From NCBI GenBank assembly GCA_016929635.1, contig JAFGIL010000067.1, forward strand, positions 6,010 through 70,009: DNA of 64,000 bases, written 5' to 3'. Position 1 is the stretch's first letter. The number at the start of each line of letters is the position of its first letter. The translations under genes were made by a program, and so were the position numbers. The DNA is from Endomicrobiales bacterium (GTDB lineage Bacteria > Elusimicrobiota > Endomicrobiia > Endomicrobiales > JAFGIL01). Under the pieces are notes generated by a model. That model did no database searches. It was not told the origin of the DNA and worked only from the letters and a program-made list of their open reading frames with translations. Shown here piece after piece: positions 57,804-64,000 of the stretch.

Positions 57804-58301
57804 CTACTTCTTTATTGGTGTAGTTGTCTTCCTGAGCGTCGGTTTTGTTGTTGTCTTATTCGTGGTTGATTTTTTTGTTGCTGGGGTTGTCTTCTTTTTT
57901 GTGGTTGTTCTCCTCTTCGGGGTTGTTTTTTTAACCGGCTTTACCAGTTGTTTCTTTGTTTTTAAATAAAAATCCACATCCTTCTGGAATTGATGCACGC
58001 TTTTTGCCCAGTCTTCAAGAAGAATATTTTCCTGCTCTATATAATTGTTTGAAAGAGGCTGATCATCTTCATCAATCATCTCGGTTTTTAGCCTTTCCTG
58101 CCTTTTTAACCATCTCTGGTACATGCTGCGTGTCTTTTTTACCCAATTTAAGGATATTACTACATTTTTTCTAGCTTCAGCAACCACCGATTTTTTCAAG
58201 TCCGTTTCTTTGACTTCAAAATCCAACAAATCCTTAGGTTCCGAATAAACACATACACTGCAGGTTAAAAACAACAAAAAACTGACAAACAACTTCCTCA
58301 T
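57804..58301 (-). CDS. Exported hypothetical protein with Lys/Thr/Pro-rich C-terminal tail
   Basis: Signal peptide; tail 'KKTTPKRRTTTKKKTTPATKKSTT...'; AGGAGG RBS. Confidence 0.7.
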   Translation of the reverse strand: MRKLFVSFLLFLTCSVCVYSEPKDLLDFEVKETDLKKSVVAEARKNVVISLNWVKKTRSMYQRWLKRQERLKTEMIDEDDQPLSNNYIEQENILLEDWAKSVHQFQKDVDFYLKTKKQLVKPVKKTTPKRRTTTKKKTTPATKKSTTNKTTTKPTLRKTTTPIKK

Positions 58302-58443
58302 AAACAGCCTCCTTTGTTTTTAATAAAATCTGGCTCTAATATATTATATTTATATTGTACAACACTATAAACTTACAGTCAAGGCATTCTATAAGCTAGC
58401 TAAAAATAATTCCTTGTGCAGATATAAGGTAAAATACTCATAT

Positions 58444-58896
58444 TTATTCTGATTTCTTAAATATTTCCATGATAGTTGAAGGATCTGATGCTTTGCATAT
58501 CTCTTCCCGGAATGAAACGTTTCTCAACAGGCGTGTTAATTGTGCAAGGATTACCAGGTATGTATTAATCTCTGATTTCGGGGTCCCAATTAAAAATATT
58601 ATTTTGACTTTTTTGCCGTCTAAAGAATCAAAATTAATCCCCTGAGCCGATACCCCCAGGGAAATTTTTATTTTATTAACTGCATCAGTCCGGGCGTGCG
58701 GAATGGCGACCTCATTTCCTATGCCCGTTGTTGCTATCTTTTCGCGTTCAAGCACATCGGTAATAAACAAAGGATAATCAAGCATGCCATCGCTGTTTTT
58801 CATCAACCCAACCAGCTTCTTTATAGCCTCATCCTTGTGATCTGCTTTTAAGTCAATCGCAATTAAATGCTTATCCAGGTAATCTGAAATTCTCAT
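58444..58896 (-). CDS. PTS EIIA (fructose/mannitol/Ntr-type) domain protein
   Basis: 'LEREKIATTGIGNEVAIPHAR', 'FDSLDG..V..IFL'; start moved to 58896 (AGGAGG RBS). Confidence 0.92.
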   Translation of the reverse strand: MRISDYLDKHLIAIDLKADHKDEAIKKLVGLMKNSDGMLDYPLFITDVLEREKIATTGIGNEVAIPHARTDAVNKIKISLGVSAQGINFDSLDGKKVKIIFLIGTPKSEINTYLVILAQLTRLLRNVSFREEICKASDPSTIMEIFKKSE

Positions 58897-59029
58897 TCTT
58901 TTTATCCTCCTAGAAAAATCCAGCGATTGTTTGCATATACTTCTATTGTATAAATGCAACCTCATTATAGCATTTTTTTATATGGGTTTTGCAAATATAA
59001 ATTAAATAACCTTTAATTATAATGGCATT

Positions 59030-59070
59030 AAAAAAACAAGCACCCGCATACTGTAACGTAAGCGGATGCC
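59030..59070 (-). terminator. Probable terminator
   Basis: minus strand GCATCCGCTTAC-gttaca-GTATGCGGGTGC then TTGTTTTTTT. Confidence 0.65.
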
Positions 59071-59098
59071 TAATTTTTTTATTTATTTCAACAATCAA

Positions 59099-59647
59099 CT
59101 ATTCATCCATAGGCCTGTCATCCATAGAACCATCACCCATAGGGCCATGATCCCTCATTTTATTTCTCATGTGCTTTTTATTCCCTTTTCCCTTTTTCAT
59201 CATTTTTTTATGCTTTTTTTCCATATTTTCAGATAATTTCTCATATTGTTTTGGGGTTAAAACATCCTTCATCTCAAGCACTTTCTCAACGCGCAAATCT
59301 ATCATCTTTGCGTTCAAGGACTTAAGCTCACCTACTATTTTGTCCACTTTCGCTTTATCTGTTTTGGTTTTGTCAAGTTCCTTCTTCAATTCTTCTCTCT
59401 TTTCTTTAACTTCTTTATACAACTCTTTTCTTTTTTCCATGTGGTTTTTATGATTTTCCTTGATTTTCTTTTGCTGTTCTTCGTTTAAATCAAGGTCTTT
59501 GGCAAGCTCGTCGCAAAACCTGTCAAAACGCTCTTCGTGCCTCGGCCCGCATTTATCATCATCCTCAGGGTATCTTTTGGCATAAACATCCGAAGATAAT
59601 AACAAGAATATAGACATTACTGCCATAAAAAACATTTTCTTCATCAT
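59099..59647 (-). CDS. Spy/CpxP-family periplasmic protein
   Basis: Signal peptide from 'MMKKMFF'; 'LDLNEEQQKKI' and 'VLTPKQ' motifs; start moved to 59647 (GGAGG RBS; the ECF promoter overlaps the longer ORF start). Confidence 0.85.
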   Translation of the reverse strand: MMKKMFFMAVMSIFLLLSSDVYAKRYPEDDDKCGPRHEERFDRFCDELAKDLDLNEEQQKKIKENHKNHMEKRKELYKEVKEKREELKKELDKTKTDKAKVDKIVGELKSLNAKMIDLRVEKVLEMKDVLTPKQYEKLSENMEKKHKKMMKKGKGNKKHMRNKMRDHGPMGDGSMDDRPMDE

Positions 59648-59699
59648 ATTCATTACCTCCTTTATTTGCGGCAAATCCGCAATTTCCTTTTCTGAAAAA

Positions 59700-59728
59700 T
59701 TAGACAAAACATAACCTGTAAAAGTTCC
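59700..59728 (-). promoter_or_regulatory. ECF sigma promoter
   Basis: GGAACTTTTAC...TTTTGTCTAA (GGAACT-N17-GTCTAA), twin of 60806-60834. Confidence 0.8.
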
Positions 59729-59736
59729 ATGAACAT

Positions 59737-60246
59737 TTACAGGAATGTCTCTTCGATAATTGTTTCGAAGTTATCTTCATATAACATTGAATCGTTTTCT
59801 GCCACATCAAAAGACTGATAGAATTCATCCTGGACATCCGAGTACGTTACTTCCTGCTTCTGTTCTGCAACATATATCCCTACCTCAGAGTCTCTGGAGA
59901 TATAAAAATAGGAAACACTGACAACAACAAACAGAACAATAGAAGCAGCAACTGCTATTCTTGGAAAAACAAGAATACCAATTAACTTCTTCCTGAATTT
60001 TTCCAGGATTGTCTCCTTTTCTTCTCTCTGGATTGATGCTTTGACACTCTGCCATAATTCTTCTGGAATGACCGCATCCTTAGAATTTCTGAAAGGTTCT
60101 ACAGAAACTTTATAAACGTTCTGATAAAATTCCCTGCACTTGACGCATGACTCTAAATGCTTTTCTATCTCTTTTTTGCTGTTTGAATCAAGCTCATTAT
60201 CTATGTAATCAGTTATTAAGAGTTCCTGTATGGTCTTACAATTCAT
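59737..60246 (-). CDS. zf-HC2 (ZAS) anti-sigma factor, single TM
   Basis: 'MNC..IQELL..DYIDNEL......IEKHLESCVKC'; TM 'IAVAASIVLFVVVSV'; ATGA overlap with sigma gene. Confidence 0.92.
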   Translation of the reverse strand: MNCKTIQELLITDYIDNELDSNSKKEIEKHLESCVKCREFYQNVYKVSVEPFRNSKDAVIPEELWQSVKASIQREEKETILEKFRKKLIGILVFPRIAVAASIVLFVVVSVSYFYISRDSEVGIYVAEQKQEVTYSDVQDEFYQSFDVAENDSMLYEDNFETIIEETFL

Positions 60247-60788
60247 TTTAAATCCCCTCCTGACTTCCTGTAATTGGAAATCAATGATTCTCTGGCCCTT
60301 TTTAACCTTGAACGAACCGTGTTGATGTTGATTTTAAGTGTTTCTGCTATCTCTTTATAGTTTAATCCCTCAAACTCCCTTAATATTAAACACGCTTTTT
60401 GATCGCTGTTCAAAGAGTCAATGAGGCTGCTGATTTCTGTATTTGAAAAAGTTTTATGGCCTTCTGCGGTATTCATGTTCTTTATAGCATCGTTATACTC
60501 AGCTTGATGGAATCTTAATCTTGAAGCTTTTTTCCTGGCATTTATTGACTCGTTTACAGATATCCTGTATAACCAGGTTTTAAAAGACGATTTAAACCGG
60601 AAATTTTTCAATTCCTTGAATATCTTAATAAAAACACTCTGGCTGACTTCCCGGGCATCTTCACTATTTCCCATTACTCTTAAACACAGATTATATATGA
60701 ATCCTGAGTAGGTTATATATATATCTTCAAATGCATTAATATCGCCTTTTGAGGCTAGGACAATAGTTTCCCTTGGAATCTCAATCAT
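60243..60788 (-). CDS. ECF RNA polymerase sigma factor
   Basis: 'GD..AFE.IY', 'EDAREVSQ.VF', 'SSFKTWLYRI..N', 'LREFEGLNYKEIAETL.I..NTVRSRL.RAR'. Confidence 0.96.
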   Translation of the reverse strand: MIEIPRETIVLASKGDINAFEDIYITYSGFIYNLCLRVMGNSEDAREVSQSVFIKIFKELKNFRFKSSFKTWLYRISVNESINARKKASRLRFHQAEYNDAIKNMNTAEGHKTFSNTEISSLIDSLNSDQKACLILREFEGLNYKEIAETLKININTVRSRLKRARESLISNYRKSGGDLK

Positions 60789-60805
60789 AGTCTCTTTTTA
60801 ATAAA

Positions 60806-60834
60806 TTAGACAAAAAAAATCAAGTAAAAGTTCC
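60806..60834 (-). promoter_or_regulatory. ECF sigma autoregulatory promoter
   Basis: GGAACTTTTAC...TTTTGTCTAA, 17 bp before the sigma ATG. Confidence 0.8.
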
Positions 60835-60954
60835 CTTTCTTTGAATTAAATATTGAATTCAATTTGATTTAATCAGATGCTGTAACTAAAAAAAATAAGA
60901 TAACAGTTAAAAAATGCATGATATTTCAACTATTTATTGATGAATTAAGGGGGG

Positions 60955-61233
60955 TTAATACCTTCTGCTTTTGGCAAAAAATCTGTCCTGGGGTTTGTTT
61001 CGGGCTCTTTTTACTATAATCTTTTTCTCTTTTACTTCCTTTCCGTTAAGTTCGTTTATGGCATTAAAACCTTTGGCCTTGCCTTCCACTTCCAGAAAGG
61101 CAAAACCTTTTGGTTGACCTGTAGATTTATCCTTTATAATATTTATGTTTGATACGATGCCAAAGGGCTCGAATAATCCTTTTAACTCGTCTTCCAATAC
61201 TTCTTGTGATAGATTTCCAATATATATTTTCAT
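60955..61233 (-). CDS. RRM (RNP) RNA-binding protein
   Basis: RNP2 'IYIGNL', RNP1 'KGFAFLEV'. Confidence 0.92.
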   Translation of the reverse strand: MKIYIGNLSQEVLEDELKGLFEPFGIVSNINIIKDKSTGQPKGFAFLEVEGKAKGFNAINELNGKEVKEKKIIVKRARNKPQDRFFAKSRRY

Positions 61234-61284
61234 AATGATGTCTCCTTTTTTGTCAAATAACCTGCTAATTATGCTAAAAATCCG

Positions 61285-61710
61285 TTATTCTACAGACTGA
61301 ACCTTAACATCAAATGTAAGATCCTCGCCTGCCAACGGATGATTCAAGTCAAGCTTAAGATTATCCTGCGTAACACTTACTATCGTTGCCATGAATACTT
61401 TGCCGTCCTGGTTTTTTAGCTTTAACGCAACGCCGACTTTAGGCTCAAAATCCTTGGGAAATTTACTGGCAGGAAAATCTATTACTAGATCTTCTCTTTT
61501 GTTCCCATAAGCATCTTCTGCTTTTATAGTAAAGCTCTTTTCTTCATTTATATTCATGCCTTCTATTTCTCTATCAAAACCGGATATTACCTGGCCTGTG
61601 CCAACCGTAAACTCCAGAGGTTTTTGTTCTTGAGATTTGTCAAAAACATTTCCATTGCTGAGTTTTCCAACGTACTGAATCTTAACTTTATCGCCCTTTT
61701 TTATCGCCAT
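61285..61710 (-). CDS. FKBP-type peptidyl-prolyl isomerase (SlyD/SlpA-like)
   Basis: 'GDKVKIQY.GKL..G.VFD.S', 'G.GQVI.GF', 'DLNHPLAGEDLTF'. Confidence 0.95.
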   Translation of the reverse strand: MAIKKGDKVKIQYVGKLSNGNVFDKSQEQKPLEFTVGTGQVISGFDREIEGMNINEEKSFTIKAEDAYGNKREDLVIDFPASKFPKDFEPKVGVALKLKNQDGKVFMATIVSVTQDNLKLDLNHPLAGEDLTFDVKVQSVE

Positions 61711-61813
61711 TTTTTAACCTCCCTGGATTTACGGCTTTCTAATAGCCAGATTTAGCACACACTAAAGTATAATACTGAATTACCGATTCTTCAAGCTTCT
61801 GCAGATTTATTTT

Positions 61814-62161
61814 TTAATACCTGTCAAATCCTCTGCTTCTTCCGCTTCTGTTTCTGTCTCTTCCCCTGCCGCCACTGCCACCAAATCTATCCCTGCTGCC
61901 ATGGCTATGTTTCTTTTCCCTGCGAGGGCGGGCTTCATTTACGGTTAATGCCCTGTTTCTCAACTCTTTGCCGTTTAAAGATTGTATGGCGGCCTTTGCT
62001 TCTTCTTCATTAGGCATTTCAACAAAACCAAAACCTCTTGGCTGGCCTGAAAACTTATCTTTAATTACCGATGCAGAACTTACCTGCCCATAAGCTTCAA
62101 AAGCTGCCCTTAACTCATCCTCAGTAAGCTCCCAAGAAAGATTTCCTACATAGATGTTCAT
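61814..62161 (-). CDS. RRM RNA-binding protein with Gly/Arg-rich tail
   Basis: 'IYVGNL', 'RGFGFVEM', 'VNEARPR', RGG-like tail. Confidence 0.95.
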   Translation of the reverse strand: MNIYVGNLSWELTEDELRAAFEAYGQVSSASVIKDKFSGQPRGFGFVEMPNEEEAKAAIQSLNGKELRNRALTVNEARPRREKKHSHGSRDRFGGSGGRGRDRNRSGRSRGFDRY

Positions 62162-62413
62162 CTTAACGTTGCCTCCTAAATGACATAAAGTCTTACAATT
62201 TTAAAATAGTAAGATTATATTTTAAAATTACTATTTTATCTTTTCTTGGATTTACTTGAAAATATCAGGAATGAATGTGCGGCAAGCGAGTATAAGATGT
62301 GCTGAAATTGACAGAACCCATTAAATCAAGACGTTTTAAAATAATAATTTATTAGACATATTCTAGCTTATATTTACCATTCTGTCAAACACGGAAAATA
62401 TTTACACTTTTTT

Positions 62414-62668
62414 CTAAGTATTCAAAATTTTTAACAGTGCAACTATAAATGGCAGAGAAACCATGGCAAAAGAATATAATATGAAGGCCCTCATTTTCTT
62501 CAAGACTTCAAATGACATTTTTCCTTTTATTACAAAAACCGCAAGTATTACAACCACATTAAACAAACCCATATAAAATATTATACGCACTAAAAATAAA
62601 CCCAGGGCTTCATTCAAATATAGGTTAAAAGTATTAAAAAACGACATGATTTTTTCTCGATATGCCAA
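62414..62668 (-). CDS. Small hypothetical membrane protein
   Basis: Two hydrophobic segments; follows the pilin-like gene on the same strand. Confidence 0.5.
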   Translation of the reverse strand: MAYREKIMSFFNTFNLYLNEALGLFLVRIIFYMGLFNVVVILAVFVIKGKMSFEVLKKMRAFILYSFAMVSLPFIVALLKILNT

Positions 62669-62682
62669 TTTAGCCCGGGTTG

Positions 62683-62946
62683 TTAGTCCCCGGTTATTTC
62701 ATTCAGGGTGTTTTCTCTTTTCTTCAGTTTCTTATTGACTTCATCTGCTTTCTCTTTTGCGCTCTGCAGCATATCAGCATAACTGTCTGTCTTTATTCCC
62801 TGGTCAGCCAGCTCCTTTTTAATAGACCTGCCGCTTTCAGACTTAACCATGTATACTTTAAAAAAGTACCAGCTTAACAGTGCGATAATAACGGTTGAAA
62901 TAAGAAAACCTATTATTGAAAACCCCTTATTGTTTCTTACTTTCAT
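62683..62946 (-). CDS. Small prepilin-like protein
   Basis: 'MKVRNNKG|FSIIGFLISTVIIALL' class III signal-like; AGGAG RBS. Confidence 0.6.
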   Translation of the reverse strand: MKVRNNKGFSIIGFLISTVIIALLSWYFFKVYMVKSESGRSIKKELADQGIKTDSYADMLQSAKEKADEVNKKLKKRENTLNEITGD

Positions 62947-62970
62947 TTTATTCTCCTGATATTCAATTGG

Positions 62971-63064
62971 TTGTAGTGTAGGGCTTTATGCCCGTAATAA
63001 ATGAAGTTAAATGTAACCTGTAAATCCTAATATTTTTTTACGGCCACAAGGGCCTACACTACAA
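62971..63064. repeat. GTAG-type REP-like inverted doublet
   Basis: ttgtagtgtagggctttatgcccgta ... tacggccacaagggcctacactacaa (imperfect inverted pair, each arm with an internal palindrome). Confidence 0.75.
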
Positions 63065-63077
63065 TTCTCATAGGACC

Positions 63078-64000
63078 TTATTCTCTCCCCGAATTGTATT
63101 TGTAGAGTTTATACCTGGCCGGATTTTTTTTATAGAAATCCTGATGATAATCCTCCGCTTTATAGAATTTACCAGCTTTAATTATTTGAGTTACAATGGG
63201 CCTTTTATATTTTCCCGACTTCTGCAGCTCCGATTTTGATTTCTCCGCTGCTTTCCTCTGCTCTTCATTATGATAGAAAATAGACGTCCTGTACTGCGGG
63301 CCTTTATCAACGAACTGGCCAGTATCATCGGTAGGATCAATCTGGGTCCAGAACACCTTTAAAAGCTCTTCATATGTTATTCTTTTAGGATCATACATAA
63401 TCTGTATTGCTTCCACGTGACCGGTTTTACCGCTTGAGACTTCTTTATAAGTCGGGTCTTCTTTTGCACCTCCTGTATACCCAACTACCGATTCAATTAC
63501 TCCGTCCAGTTTATCATACGGAGGCTCCATGCACCAGAAACATCCGCCGGCAAACGTGGCTAATTGATATTTCTTCATTGCTTTCTTCTTAACAGGAACC
63601 GCTTCATCCTTCACAAAGTCCAGCGCAACTGAATTAATGCAGTAACGCTTGTTTGTAGGCGGGGGCCCGTCATCAAAAACATGGCCCAGATGCGCATCGC
63701 AGCGCGCACATAAGACTTCCGTACGTACCATAAAATGGCTTTTATCTTCATGCAATTTAATGTTTAAATCAGATACCGGCTCAAAGAAACTCGGCCATCC
63801 TGTTCCGGACTCAAACTTGGTTTTGGATACAAACAAATCCGTCCCGCAGCATACACACTTATATATTCCGCTGTCTTTGTTTTTATAATGCTCGCCCGAA
63901 CACGCCAGCTCCGTTCCTTTTTTCCTGGTTATTTTATATTGCTCGGGAGTAAGGATTTTCTTCCATTCTTCGTCACTTTTAACGACTTTATCAACAAGCA
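63078..64000 (-). CDS. msrAB: Bifunctional methionine sulfoxide reductase MsrB-MsrA (5' end outside window)
   Basis: Frame stays open to the window edge ('[20 protein letters not shown]'); MsrB 'SGTGWPSF','[10 protein letters not shown]','RYCINS'; MsrA 'FAGGCFWC','GH.EA','AEDYHQ'. Confidence 0.95.
   Translation of the reverse strand, partial: LVDKVVKSDEEWKKILTPEQYKITRKKGTELACSGEHYKNKDSGIYKCVCCGTDLFVSKTKFESGTGWPSFFEPVSDLNIKLHEDKSHFMVRTEVLCARCDAHLGHVFDDGPPPTNKRYCINSVALDFVKDEAVPVKKKAMKKYQLATFAGGCFWCMEPPYDKLDGVIESVVGYTGGAKEDPTYKEVSSGKTGHVEAIQIMYDPKRITYEELLKVFWTQIDPTDDTGQFVDKGPQYRTSIFYHNEEQRKAAEKSKSELQKSGKYKRPIVTQIIKAGKFYKAEDYHQDFYKKNPARYKLYKYNSGRE

Noticed and set aside
44-63888. Many short ORFs in the track antisense to or nested in confident genes (e.g. 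1784..2344, 29374..30102, 32717..33271, 54826..55398)
   Set aside because: Shadow frames of well-supported genes, with no motifs or RBS.
1-64000. CRISPR array, cas genes, rRNA, reverse transcriptase (DGR/retron)
   Set aside because: No regularly spaced repeat-spacer array, rRNA-like tract or RT motif seen by eye.

Overview
Chromosomal window from an AT-rich diderm bacterium. The gene style (CsgG-like lipoproteins, WD40-caspase, MMPL/LolA-like/barrel trio, RRM proteins) would fit an uncultured lineage such as Elusimicrobiota, but that is an unverified impression. The main feature is a ~23 kb integrative element (5131-28161) bounded by a perfect 74-bp direct repeat in tRNA-Arg(ACG). Its geometry is unusual. 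The repeat covers the 5' part of the tRNA, the host sigma70 promoter now drives a copy with a broken 3' end, and the intact tRNA sits directly downstream of the integrase. The element carries Int/Xis, a PriCT-type replication module, a repeat-bracketed defence-like block (OLD ATPase-TOPRIM, HNH) and a cluster of exported proteins. That cluster comprises a 2426-aa SpvB/FG-GAP/RHS toxin with an internal LamG-PKD insert and an L,D-transpeptidase-like tip, a candidate immunity lipoprotein, a signal-peptide-bearing peptidase-S74 fibre, beta-barrels and a CsgG-like protein. No capsid or conjugation genes are visible. Host DNA includes a repeat-flanked GxxExxY nuclease, a divergent sigma54 next to a GAYTDA-type activator, -24/-12 promoters ahead of a caspase/c-di-GMP locus, an ECF sigma/anti-sigma/Spy module with twin promoters, and housekeeping genes. 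All family calls come from motif recognition by eye; no database searches were run.
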